From Bacteroidota bacterium (GTDB taxonomy: Bacteria; Bacteroidota; Bacteroidia; AKYH767-A; 2013-40CM-41-45), in assembly GCA_046075925.1 (NCBI GenBank), contig JBJTRB010000291.1, positions 1-31,163 on the forward strand: DNA of 31,163 nucleotides, in the 5' to 3' direction. The notes under the pieces are model-generated. The model was not told the origin of the DNA, searched no databases, and saw only the letters and a program-made list of their open reading frames with translations. How positions within the stretch are numbered: the stretch's first letter is position 1; the number at the start of each line of letters is the position of its first letter. Positions 8,601 through 17,200 of the stretch are shown in pieces. Both the position numbers and the translations under genes were made by a program.

Positions 8601-8774
8601 AGCTGTTCGGAAAGCGAAATTGTCCAATGCAAGCGCACTTCCATAGTACACGTCGACCGTTTGCGCCATCGGATCGGGACAATTGTGCACGATTTGAACC
8701 GCAGCTTGTGTACGGACCGTGCCAAGCACCACGAGGAGCATCGTGGCAAAAGATTTCAGTAGGTTTTTGTTCAT
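5676..8774 (-). CDS. T9SS-secreted protein with four tandem DUF4397-type repeats
   Basis: Signal peptide ending RTQA. Four units starting (A/R/S)VQ(I/L)(V/I)HN..DP.A..VDVY, each with a second half-unit HG..DAP.VDV. C-terminal VYPNPSSD...LAAGMYHL...IIKR CTD. Confidence 0.85.
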   Translation of the reverse strand: MNKNLLKSFATMLLVVLGTVRTQAAVQIVHNCPDPMAQTVDVYYGSALALDNFAFRTATSFLPIPAGTAVIGIALSNSSSAADTVPGLGATLTLAPGVDYIVVASGVIDPVGFAPNPDGRLTNFVLNVSANARTTSASSSSVDLRIHHGSTDAPAVDVVPMGTPTPLVDNAAYGDFTSYLTVPIADYKLNITPSNDNSLVVASYNVDLSTLGGTAAFVFASGFYDPSLNQGGPSFGLYAALPNGTVVQFPSNDSARVQIVHNAADPAADSVDVYLDNTLLLDDFAFRTATPFVTLASNTTYNIGIAPSTSTSVADVLTTIPVTLQSGQTYEAVANGVLNPGGFGANPGGLSTAFQLLLKPGVFESSSSASTVRLYALHGTTDAPPVDVLPQGSGTPLVDNIAYGSFSSDFELPNASYYLDVTPATNNSIVVATYLADLTTLGGGAGMIFASGFLDPTTNQNGPGFGLYVVLPNGTVFPLPTASFASVQLIHNAADPIADTVDVYAGSTLLIDDIAFRNATSFLTVPAGVDIPVGIALSNSTSAADTLPGLGTTINLTAGTSYAIVANGVVDTTLFAANPDARSIRFTYFVKSGVQQTGSMPTDVDFVVLHGASDAPTVDVRTGSTVLVDDAAYGDITNYLMVPAASYILDVTPAGGAPVVAQFTADLSTLGGGAAVVFASGFLNPSQNQNGAAFGLFAALPNGSVVEFPPYVNTNARVQIIHNSADPVASSVDVYAGATLLIDDFDFREATAFLDVQGGIDIPIGIAPATSTSAADTIPTLGTTINLGIGNKYVILANGVTNPSNFAANPDGRSTQFTYFVLSGALEVGSDPGSVDVAVVHGSSDAPTVDVIASGFTLVDNAAYGDISSYNQVPAVPYVVDITAAPGAPTIVSYDADLTSLAGSPAVVFASGFIDPSTNQNGPAFGLFAALPNGTVIPFTLNVGVDELTSAAAVSVYPNPSSDRLNVVIGKEVKGASVLKLSDITGQVVSTMNIDPTSEKGVMDVKGLAAGMYHLSVVNESGVYTRPVIIKR
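5950..8702 (-). repeat. Four intragenic ~690-bp (230-231 aa) diverged tandem repeats
   Basis: Unit starts at about 8702, 8012, 7322 and 6629 (spacing 690, 690, 693). Each ends in FASGF.(D/N)P..NQ.G..FGL...LPNG.V. Confidence 0.85.
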
Positions 8775-8904
8775 GATATGGGGGTTTTGGTTGAATCCAA
8801 CGGAATGAATACACTAAAGAACAACAAGAACGATTCAAAGTTCACCTTCATCGAAAAAATTATTCATTCATCGATGATTAAAAACAAATCCCTCGAAGCC
8901 TTGT

Positions 8905-9261
8905 TTATTTAAACTTGTCCTTGAAATAATGTCTTATCAGGACTTTTTTGAACTCTCTCTGAAGTATCAATTCGGACAATTTTCGGTACCTCTCAGGTCC
9001 GCCGGGGAGGGCACGTACCGCTCTTTCCTCCAAATCGATCCGGTATAGCAAGGCAGACAGCCGGCTGCCTCCTTGTTTATAGAGGGACTCGACTGCCGGA
9101 ATCAACTGTTCTAATAATTCGTCGTACGCACGAAAGGGATCCCCCGAAAAAGTGATTTCCACGGCCGAACCATGAAAATCCCGGATCACCTGCTCGGCTG
9201 TTTCTCGAACGATTCCCAGATCGTGTCGATACTTATCGATGGAAAAATCACTTGGATCCAT
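8905..9261 (-). CDS. Conserved-looking hypothetical protein (helical; LLYRIDL.E...L.ELIL.RE..KV..R motif)
   Basis: The ORF has a natural protein composition. The probable ATG at 9261 overlaps the ferredoxin stop by 14 nt (ORF track start 9270). No function recognised. Confidence 0.72.
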   Translation of the reverse strand: MDPSDFSIDKYRHDLGIVRETAEQVIRDFHGSAVEITFSGDPFRAYDELLEQLIPAVESLYKQGGSRLSALLYRIDLEERAVRALPGGPERYRKLSELILQREFKKVLIRHYFKDKFK

Positions 9262-9580
9262 CCGAACCATCCTCGAAGCGGATCATCAACTCATCGACAG
9301 GTCGACCTGCCACCAGGTGTTCGTCGGCAATTCGAACGAGATTCTCGGCGTTCACGCCTCCATAAAACACACCTTCCGGATAGACCACCATCGCAGGCCC
9401 ATGTTCACAGGCGTCCAGGCATCCCGCTCGCTGAGCACGTATTTTTCCAGCCAAGCCGCGCTCTTTCAATAATCCTTTCAACTGTTTGACCAATTCCAAA
9501 CCACAAGCTTCACCACAGGATGGACGGTCGGAGCCGACCCGTTGGTTGGTGCAAACAAATACATGTTTCTGAAAACGCAT
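9248..9580 (-). CDS. Thioredoxin-like [2Fe-2S] ferredoxin
   Basis: Cys10, Cys22, Cys54 and Cys58 (HVFVCTN...SC...GCLDACEHGP.MVVYPEGVFY) match the spacing of the Trx-like 2Fe-2S ferredoxin family. Confidence 0.88.
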   Translation of the reverse strand: MRFQKHVFVCTNQRVGSDRPSCGEACGLELVKQLKGLLKERGLAGKIRAQRAGCLDACEHGPAMVVYPEGVFYGGVNAENLVRIADEHLVAGRPVDELMIRFEDGSDGSK

Positions 9581-9584
9581 GTCA

Positions 9585-9592
9585 CGAAGTTA
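9585..9592 (-). promoter_or_regulatory. Bacteroidota -7 element variant (TAACTTCG) 4 nt upstream of the ferredoxin ATG
   Basis: Minus strand reads TAACTTCG-TGAC-ATG. Confidence 0.5.
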
Positions 9593-9652
9593 ATGATTGG
9601 TTGTGTTTCGGATTACGGATGGAAATGTATTTTTCCCTCAAAATTCATCGCC

Positions 9653-10141
9653 ATGCATCCGTTTCTTGAAATTATCCTCCGATCGGCAGCCGTTTACGTC
9701 TTCATCCTGCTTGCCATCCGCCTCTTCGGTAAAAAGGAATTATCGCAACTTTCCGTCATCGACCTGGTATTCATCCTGCTGTTGAGCAATTCCGTGCAGA
9801 ACGCAATGGTGGGTGCGGATTCGAGTTTAACCGGAGGGATCATCGCTGCGGGAACGCTTTTCATCATCAATAATTTACTCAAAGAACTGCTTTTCAGAAG
9901 TCGTTCGCTGAGCAAGCTGTTGGAAGGGGAGCCGGTGCTGCTTGTCCATCACGGTGTGATACTTGAAGAAAATCTCAAAAGGGAAAAGATCTCCATAGCA
10001 GAGCTGAAGGCTGCTGCACGAGAACATGGAGTTGCACTGTTGGACGAAGTGGATCTGGCTGTGCTGGAAACCGACGGCAACATCAGTATACTTTCAGGCG
10101 ATTACAGAAAACGAAGTTCCCTGAAGCGGGAAGGTTCGTGA
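9653..10141 (+). CDS. DUF421 / YetF family membrane protein
   Basis: RLFGKKELSQLSVIDLVFILLLSNSVQNAM, EGEP..LV..G.I...NL.RE.I...EL..A.REHG...DEVDLAVLETDGNISI. Start set to the ATG at 9653; the upstream extension overlaps the divergent ferredoxin. Confidence 0.9.
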   Translation: MHPFLEIILRSAAVYVFILLAIRLFGKKELSQLSVIDLVFILLLSNSVQNAMVGADSSLTGGIIAAGTLFIINNLLKELLFRSRSLSKLLEGEPVLLVHHGVILEENLKREKISIAELKAAAREHGVALLDEVDLAVLETDGNISILSGDYRKRSSLKREGS

Positions 10142-10177
10142 AAAAAAGAAAGGCCGGAGGATTACCCCGGCCTTTCT
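10141..10177. terminator. Terminator between convergent DUF421 and CUB-domain genes
   Basis: AGAAAGGCCGG (10147-10157) / CCGGCCTTTCT (10167-10177) perfect stem. The A-run at 10141-10147 gives a U-tract on the minus strand. Confidence 0.85.
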
Positions 10178-10197
10178 GCATGCTGCAATCAAATGGA

Positions 10198-13100
10198 TTA
10201 CATCTTGACGATCTTACGGATCAACGACTGTCCGTCGATCGTGAGTCGTACGGAGTAGATGCCAGGAGCTGCGCCTTCGAAGGTGAAGGTGTGCTTGCCG
10301 GCAACCTGCTTCTCAGCAGCAACGATGGTTTGCATTTTCTCGCCAACCACATTGTAGACTTCCAATGACACATCGGCCGTATTCTTGAGTGTATACTCGA
10401 TACGAGTACCTGCAGTGAATGGGTTCGGATAAGCCGTGAATGGCACATCCACCATGGTTTCTTTTACAGATACAGGCAGGCTGATCAACACTGAATAATC
10501 TTCGACCTGACCGAACTGAAGGTCAAGACATGGCGTCGGGGTCGGATTAGCAGAATAATCAGAAGCGACACGGAGACGGAGCGGCTGACCGATGATAGCA
10601 TTACCAGGCACGGTGAAGTTGCCCTGGTGGAAGGTCAACACGTTGTTGTCTGAGAAAATAAGTTCAGCAACCGGATCCAGTACGTTATCACCGTTCCAAT
10701 CGATCCATGCGAGTACGTTTTCAGTATACGTGAAACCGGTCTCCGCATAGAAGGTGTAGGTGCTTCCTTGTGAAAGTGTCGTCGTATCGGTACAGGTGTA
10801 GTTGGAGTACCCATCGATAGCGTCATTGGACAGTTTGTTGATGTTGGCGACATTCACGCGCGTCAACCCGATACCGCAGCAATAGGCTGAGGTGATAGGG
10901 TAACAGTTCGTAGGCGGAGGACCGGTGATGATAGCCTGGAGCTGTTGAGTGACCGTATCGCAACCTGCACCGTTGCATGCGATCAACTGAACCGTGTAGC
11001 TGCCATTTGCAGAGTAATAGTGGATCGGATTAGTCTGCGTACTCGTGCCGCCATCACCGAAGGTCCAGGAATAGGATGTAGGGTTGTTGATAGCGACCGA
11101 AGTGAAATTGGTCTCACCTGTACACGTGTTCGACGTGTAATTGAAATCCATACAAGGATTGTTTCCTACGATCATGGTACATGCCACTTGGACGCTGGGT
11201 GTCAATGGATCGTTAGATGCGATGGTGATGTTGCGCGTGTATGTACCGCTTGGCCTGTTGCCTGAGTTGAATGTCAGGGTGACGGTCTGCGCGCCGCCGC
11301 TAGTGACTGTATCGCCAGTTGTTGCGGAGCTCATCCAACCAGCGAGGTTGGTGATCTGATAGATCAGGTCGCTGCCACCGAGGTTCTGTACACTGAACGT
11401 TTGTGTCGCGGACGACTGACAAGCAGGAACGTTAACCGTTACACTGTTAACGGTTGCATTGACATCCGGAGCAGGATAGGTTTCAGCTGTCATGCAGACC
11501 GTGGTATCCACATCATTGTTCAGAATCGAAATCGTTCCGGAGAACGTGCCGACGGTATTGGCAACAAAGCGGACGGTAACTTGTCCGGACGCACCAGGCA
11601 CGAGATACGTGAATGGAGCAGTAACGGTGAATTCAGGTGCATTTGACGTGATGCTGGATACCAACAGCGTGTCACAGCCGTTGTTGATCACGTTCACTAC
11701 ACGTGTTTCAGGACGGTATTGCATAGCCTGTCCGAAGTTCACACATGTATCAGAGAGCGCAATGATAGGGTCTCCGCTGATGTTGAGTGTGCAAGGAACA
11801 AGCACGACCGGATTTGTAGGGTCGTTGTTGGCAACCGGAATAGCAGAGATGTAGGTGCCAGCAGGCAGACCAGTGGTCTGGAAAGTCACCAACACGTGCG
11901 TGGTATCCGGTGCATTCACCGTGTCGTTCGTCTGGCTCAAGCTGATCCAGGTAGGCAAGCCGTTCAAGCCGCCCCACTGGATGGCGTTGGACATGATGCG
12001 GCAGTTATCGCCGGTGAGCGTGAAGAAGTCGAAAGCCATGAAAATAGCCTTGCCCGATCCGTAAGGGACGAAGGTGACCGCATCAACACCTTGGTCAGCA
12101 ACGATGGTCTGCTTGTTAGAATTGGTGATGTTCATCACGTAAGTGGCAGCAGGAGCGTTGAAAGGGTTATTGACACCCTGCGCAAGCGGATGAGACGGAT
12201 CGGTAACGGTGAGCTGACTGCCGACCGCATCGCTGTCAAAGGTTCCGGTAAAGACGCCGGCATTGAACATACAAGATGCCTGGGAAGAATACGCACCACA
12301 CCAAATCACTGAACCACCGTTGTTGATGAAGTTCTGGATGGTAGGAGCCAGTGTAGCCCAAACAGCTGTGTCACCTTGTTCCTGTTCGGGGATCACAAGC
12401 ACATTGGTGCCGAAGAGCAGCGAGGAGAGCACTCCGGGACTAATCGTGCCCGTTTGGGTCAAGGTGTAATTCGAAAAGAAGGTGTCGATTGCCGTGATGG
12501 TCTTACGGTACTCAGAGAACTGATCGGTACCGTATTTCATGATGACAACACGGACAGGCAATCCGGTGTTTACATCCACCTCGCTGGTCCAGAACAACTC
12601 TCCACCAGCGATATTGGCGACATCCATATAAAGAGCTACGGAGTCACCGCATTGCGCTGTTACGTTGAAGGTATCCGGATCGACATTGATCTGAGGAGCC
12701 GCTTGAACCGTCACTGTGGTGGTAGCCGTATCAGACTCCGTACAAGAGAACGCGACAAACGTTACCGTGTAGGTACCAGGAGCCGAGTAGGCGTGGACAG
12801 GATTCTGGCTTCGGGCGGTATCGCCATCACCGAAATCCCACAGCCAACCAGTCGGTCCGCCGACACTGAGATCGGAGAACTGGACTCCTGTTGCAAGAGG
12901 AGGAGTATAATCACTCACTACGAATGCGGCAGAAGGAGCAACGCTTGGAGCGATGATGGATGTCCAACTACATTCAAAACCATCGTTAACGATGGAGATG
13001 TCCGAGCGCCAAACGATGAGCATGTAACCGGAGGTACAGGTCACAGCGTTCGGAACGGTGGTTCCGTTCGCGTTGAGCAGCTGAGGAGCGGTCACCGTAG

Positions 13101-13383
13101 GGCCATCATACACTTGGAAGAAGTCGAAGTTGGCCTCCGTAGCGAACGACTGGAATGTCAACGTGATGCTCACCGCGCAGGAAGGCGCGATCAACAGCGT
13201 ACAATTCTCGTTGTTCTGATACTGTCCATTTGGACCGCCTGTGTCGTACAGGGTTCCGGTGGAGTCAGTAGTGGCATTGCCAGGAATCGAACACAATGTG
13301 TAAGTACCCTGTGCACTGGCTGAAAATCCCGAAATCAGCAACAGGACAAGCACGACCCAGGCATTGAGTAGTTGTTTTTTCAT
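10198..13383 (-). CDS. T9SS-secreted multidomain protein: CUB, PKD, Ig-like linkers, GATase-1-like alpha/beta domain, Ig-like domain, PKD, GEVED, CTD
   Basis: CUB (DTGGPNGQYQNNENCT.LI...ITLTFQSFATE..FDFFQVYDG), two PKD domains (WDFGDG, WTFGDG), GEVED (AWIDWNGD...RLRV...GQVEDY), and a CTD (AYPNPF...PGIYSVRL...KIVKM). Confidence 0.87.
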   Translation of the reverse strand: MKKQLLNAWVVLVLLLISGFSASAQGTYTLCSIPGNATTDSTGTLYDTGGPNGQYQNNENCTLLIAPSCAVSITLTFQSFATEANFDFFQVYDGPTVTAPQLLNANGTTVPNAVTCTSGYMLIVWRSDISIVNDGFECSWTSIIAPSVAPSAAFVVSDYTPPLATGVQFSDLSVGGPTGWLWDFGDGDTARSQNPVHAYSAPGTYTVTFVAFSCTESDTATTTVTVQAAPQINVDPDTFNVTAQCGDSVALYMDVANIAGGELFWTSEVDVNTGLPVRVVIMKYGTDQFSEYRKTITAIDTFFSNYTLTQTGTISPGVLSSLLFGTNVLVIPEQEQGDTAVWATLAPTIQNFINNGGSVIWCGAYSSQASCMFNAGVFTGTFDSDAVGSQLTVTDPSHPLAQGVNNPFNAPAATYVMNITNSNKQTIVADQGVDAVTFVPYGSGKAIFMAFDFFTLTGDNCRIMSNAIQWGGLNGLPTWISLSQTNDTVNAPDTTHVLVTFQTTGLPAGTYISAIPVANNDPTNPVVLVPCTLNISGDPIIALSDTCVNFGQAMQYRPETRVVNVINNGCDTLLVSSITSNAPEFTVTAPFTYLVPGASGQVTVRFVANTVGTFSGTISILNNDVDTTVCMTAETYPAPDVNATVNSVTVNVPACQSSATQTFSVQNLGGSDLIYQITNLAGWMSSATTGDTVTSGGAQTVTLTFNSGNRPSGTYTRNITIASNDPLTPSVQVACTMIVGNNPCMDFNYTSNTCTGETNFTSVAINNPTSYSWTFGDGGTSTQTNPIHYYSANGSYTVQLIACNGAGCDTVTQQLQAIITGPPPTNCYPITSAYCCGIGLTRVNVANINKLSNDAIDGYSNYTCTDTTTLSQGSTYTFYAETGFTYTENVLAWIDWNGDNVLDPVAELIFSDNNVLTFHQGNFTVPGNAIIGQPLRLRVASDYSANPTPTPCLDLQFGQVEDYSVLISLPVSVKETMVDVPFTAYPNPFTAGTRIEYTLKNTADVSLEVYNVVGEKMQTIVAAEKQVAGKHTFTFEGAAPGIYSVRLTIDGQSLIRKIVKM

Positions 13384-13423
13384 AATTAAGATGTATTTCT
13401 GGTAAGCAGATGTTGATATGTTC

Positions 13424-13454
13424 CAAAAATAGGATAATAAGCAATACAGACAAA
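13424..13454 (-). promoter_or_regulatory. Full Bacteroidota sigmaA promoter TTTG-N19-TATTTTTG for the CUB-domain gene
   Basis: -33 TTTG at 13451-13454 and -7 TATTTTTG at 13424-13431, with a 19-nt spacer. Confidence 0.75.
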
Positions 13455-13458
13455 ACGG

Positions 13459-13481
13459 GCAGGCGTAATTCTGACACCTGC
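13459..13481 (-). terminator. Weak hairpin after marC
   Basis: Minus strand GCAGGTGT-CAGAATT-ACGCCTGC (8-bp stem, one G-U), then CCGTTTTG. Confidence 0.35.
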
Positions 13482-13520
13482 TAATAAACTGAATAACAGT
13501 ATATTAAAGAGTATTGAGGG

Positions 13521-14090
13521 TCATACCCCTGCATTGGAACGGAAGAGTTTGACGGCAATGGCCAACAGGATGATGCCAAAAACCTTCCTCAGGATGCTGA
13601 TTCCGGCAGGCCCAAGAAAATGCTCCAATCGAGTCAGATTACGAAGGACCACATAAACCACCACCAGGTTAATGGCTATACCTATTATAATGGTCAACGA
13701 ATCATATGCTGCCCGCAATGACAAAAGGGTGGTCATGGTTCCTGTTCCGGCAATAAGCGGAAACGCAACCGGAACGATGGAAGCGGTCTCGGGGATCTCA
13801 TCCCGATACAACCTGATTCCCAAAATCATTTCCAGGGCGAGGAAAAAAATGACCAACGAACCTGCAATGGCGAAAGAGCTCACATCCACACCGATGAATT
13901 GAAGGATGGACTCTCCCAGAAAAAGGAATCCGACCATGATCAGCAGCGAGACCAGCGTTGCCTGACCCGTCTTGATGTGTCCGACACGCTGCTTCACCTG
14001 AAGCAATACAGGTATCGAGCCGATGATGTCGATGACTGCGAACAGAATGGCGGATACCGTAAGGATTTCGCGGAGACTCAACGTGTTCAT
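13521..14090 (-). CDS. marC: MarC family inner-membrane protein
   Basis: LFAVIDIIGSIP, GESILQFIGVDVSSFAIAGSLVIF..ALEM, IVPVAFPLIAGTG, G...LRKVFGIILLAIAVKL. Start set at MNTLS (14090), downstream of a -7 element. Confidence 0.9.
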   Translation of the reverse strand: MNTLSLREILTVSAILFAVIDIIGSIPVLLQVKQRVGHIKTGQATLVSLLIMVGFLFLGESILQFIGVDVSSFAIAGSLVIFFLALEMILGIRLYRDEIPETASIVPVAFPLIAGTGTMTTLLSLRAAYDSLTIIIGIAINLVVVYVVLRNLTRLEHFLGPAGISILRKVFGIILLAIAVKLFRSNAGV

Positions 14091-14114
14091 GGGGTCGGCT
14101 TTTGAGGTGACAGC

Positions 14115-14122
14115 CAAAGTTA
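14115..14122 (-). promoter_or_regulatory. -7 element (TAACTTTG) for marC
   Basis: Exact TAnnTTTG match 24 nt upstream of the ATG at 14090. Confidence 0.55.
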
Positions 14123-14155
14123 GTCATGGGCCGACTGAATGATTCGACCGCCTGC

Positions 14156-14187
14156 AAAGAAAAATCCCGCCAGGATTCTGGCGGGAT
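14156..14187 (-). terminator. Intrinsic terminator after the M36 peptidase gene
   Basis: ATCCCGCCAG (14164-14173)-GATT-CTGGCGGGAT (14178-14187), then TTTTCTTT on the minus strand. Confidence 0.82.
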
Positions 14188-14213
14188 CGCTAATTCGATA
14201 CGACGAGTATGGA

Positions 14214-17200
14214 TTACTCAGGAACAAACAGGCGACGTGTCTGAGTTTCACCGCCTGATTCCAGCATCACCATCACCACTGCATTCGAAATGCCGGGCAA
14301 TTGAATGGAATGAACGCCTTTACGCATCACGTTATAGGAAGTGAGTTCACGACCGACCACATCATACACTTTCACAAGTAGTTCCTTTTCCAGATCATCT
14401 TTTACCAGCAAGTTCAAATGACCCCGACCGGCCGATATGGAAACACCTTCGGTAGTGACTTGCGTAATTCCACTAATGGATAACGTGATCGTCTGTGCGC
14501 TTGTGGATTGGCAACCGTCGGCAGTGACAACCGTGAGCGACACGACATATGTTCCAGCTTGTGAATAGATATGTACAGGGTTTTGAAGACCTGACGTACT
14601 TCCATCGCCGAAATCCCATGAATAAGAAACGATATTACCACTGGAATTATCCGTAAAGGTGCAGTTGAGCGCCACATCGGATACATTGAAAGAAGCAACC
14701 GGATCAGGTGCCACTTCGATGGCCATCGCAGCAGGCTGGCTGAGGCACGGCAGTTCTTGTACTTGCCAATCGTACACATAATAATAGTAGGTAGAAGGAC
14801 TTGACGTGGAGTTGGATGCGGTGATACTTAACAATCCGCTGAGGGTGTAGGGGTAAGTAGCACCGCTGTTGTTTCGATAAAGGTTCGAGCCGGCAGTGAC
14901 ACCAAGTTGATAGTTACCCGGAACAGGCAGATCGAAATCGAGTGTCACACGGCTTTGTCCCGCAGGGACGTTGATGACCGCCGATGTGATAAGCGAGCCG
15001 GTAGGTCCGTAGAGATTGAACGTGCGATCAGCTGTTCCTGAAGCATCCACCCAAACCGACTTGATGCGCAGTGGAACGTAGGTGGTGAAAATCTCTCTTC
15101 CCTCGAAGCCGGTGTTGTGATAACCACCTCCGCCGAAGGCGGCGTTCGCTGGTCCGACATTTTGCAATGCTGTCGGTGTAAATTGTCTGACCGAGTAAGT
15201 GACATTCGCTGTGATCGGCTGTGTCGTGTACGTCGGACCATAAGCGATGACGGTTCCTGTGCTATCGCTCCACTGGGCATCATCGCCCGGCTGCAACACC
15301 GCATTCAAAGTCACGACGCTTCCGCTGCACACGGTTCCATTACCATTCACGACTGGAGCAGGTGGCATTGTGACCGTGATATAACCACTGCGTGAAAGCG
15401 TATCGGCTCCAAGCGTGTTGGTGACGACCAAAGAGACATTGAATGTTCCCGGAGTCATATACGTATGAGAAGGGTTTTGCAAGGTGGACGAGCCGCCATC
15501 ACCGAAATCCCAAAGCCATGTTTGAGCAATGTCGGTCGATTGGTCTGTGAAACGGACGATGCCCGAACAGGTGGTCGTCACATCGGCAATGAAATCAGCT
15601 GTCGGTGCCGCTGTGGGAGTCTGACAAAATGAAGGCAGAGCATAGCCTGCGGTCTCATCACCGGCGGTGTTCGCACTGCCTTGCAAAGCATCAGCACCCA
15701 TTCCCCGGCGTGCGAATGCAGACCAGATGATACATTTATGGATGCCTCCATACAAATTATCATCGGCTGCGAGAATAGCATCGCGACCATCCAGAAAGCC
15801 AGGGCCGCATGGCTGCAATTTCATGCCTTCCATCACAAGACGCAATGCGATGTTGTTGCCACCGGTTCCATTGATCCAATCGGGATCGAATCCGAACTGA
15901 TCGATCAGCGCCCATGACATATCCCACAAGGTGACACACCAGATCTCACCGATATCGTGTACTTCGGAACTTACTGCAAGATCCGCATAGGTCTGTGGAT
16001 TGATAGTCATATCCGTTGAATACGGATACCTTCTGATACCGCTTCCGCTCACAGGCTCCTGTAAAGCATAGGTCCCGATACCACGGGCATCGGAACCGAA
16101 GTCACCGCTTTCGATGGTGAACATCAAAGAGAAGTAATCACTCCATCCTTCGCCGCCCTGCTCACCGTTGTATAAACAATTTGAGTTATTCGGACCTCCG
16201 GTCAGACGATTGGAAACACCGTGGCCATACTCATGGGCTACAATGCCATTATCCAATGATCCATCCAAGTCCTGATTGACTACGGCCGGAGGATTGAGTG
16301 TACCATTGACGGTTCCGCCAGCCGAGAGAACCGATTTCAGCGTGTTGCCATCCGCCAGTGAAATCATGACCGCCGGAATGTTCGACGTGCCGGTTCCTCC
16401 CATCGCGATCGGAGAGCCCGTTTGGTTGTTGATCACGATGACCGCGATAGCACCTTGTGCTTCTGCTGCGTTCACCTTACTGATGAAGGTGCAAGTGCCT
16501 CGGTCGATGACTGCGATTTTCCCTGAAATCGATCCGCCGTTCTGAATCGGATCGCAAGCATCGGAAGTGGGAGCCGTACCATCATCCACCAATACCAGAT
16601 CACTGGTGATGGGAGCACTGATGACAGGACCGAATCCCGCCTCGATGGCAGCGTAACTGCCTGCGATACTGGAAGGAGTGTTGACAAGCAGGGATGCTTG
16701 AGAGGCACCTGACCACAGGTACATCTGCATACGGCCGTTTTGTCCATCATCGGGTGTTGCGAAGTTGGCGTTATTCGTTCCGCCACCATCCTGACACTCT
16801 GCGAACACTTGGTCGTTCCCTGCACCCTGACCACTGTAGTTGGTGACCTGGAAATTGCCACCGGCCTCATCGAATCCATAGTGGAAGAGCACATCGTGTA
16901 CGTGATTGTTCACATAGAAAAGGTTCGTCAGAGATCCTTCCAAATACGTAGCGGGTGCTTGAGAAAAGTTGACCGGGAAATCGAAGTTGAGTGCGGCTCC
17001 GCCGTCAGCAAAAGAACCCGGCGCATCCTGGTTGGCGATATCATCGTACGCGAAGACATTGTTTCCCTGGGTGGTGGTGAACTCCTCGCCGGGAGCCCCA
17101 TTGGTATCGTGCCAACCATAAGGAGAAGCGGTTGCATCGGCAGGATCGGTGAGCAATACCCTCGGACCGAACGAAGGGGCTTCTAACGGGAAAGCGAACA

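Noticed and set aside
5950-8702. Repetitive DNA as a CRISPR array or mobile repeat
   Set aside because: The repeats are diverged in-frame protein domains of ~690 bp with no spacer structure. No cas, transposase or integrase genes are in the window.
8787-8808. TCATTCC and TCAACCAA words shared by the DUF4397 and M36 leaders
   Set aside because: Short words with inconsistent spacing (7 versus 17 nt). They are compatible with generic A/C-rich Bacteroidota translation-initiation regions.
8835-8842. GAACTT(TG) upstream of the DUF4397 gene as an ECF -35 element
   Set aside because: There is no convincing -10 at 16-17 nt. It is equally a one-mismatch TAnnTTTG variant.
13521-14090. marC as an antibiotic-resistance gene
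   Set aside because: The name is historical. MarC family proteins have not been shown to confer multiple antibiotic resistance.
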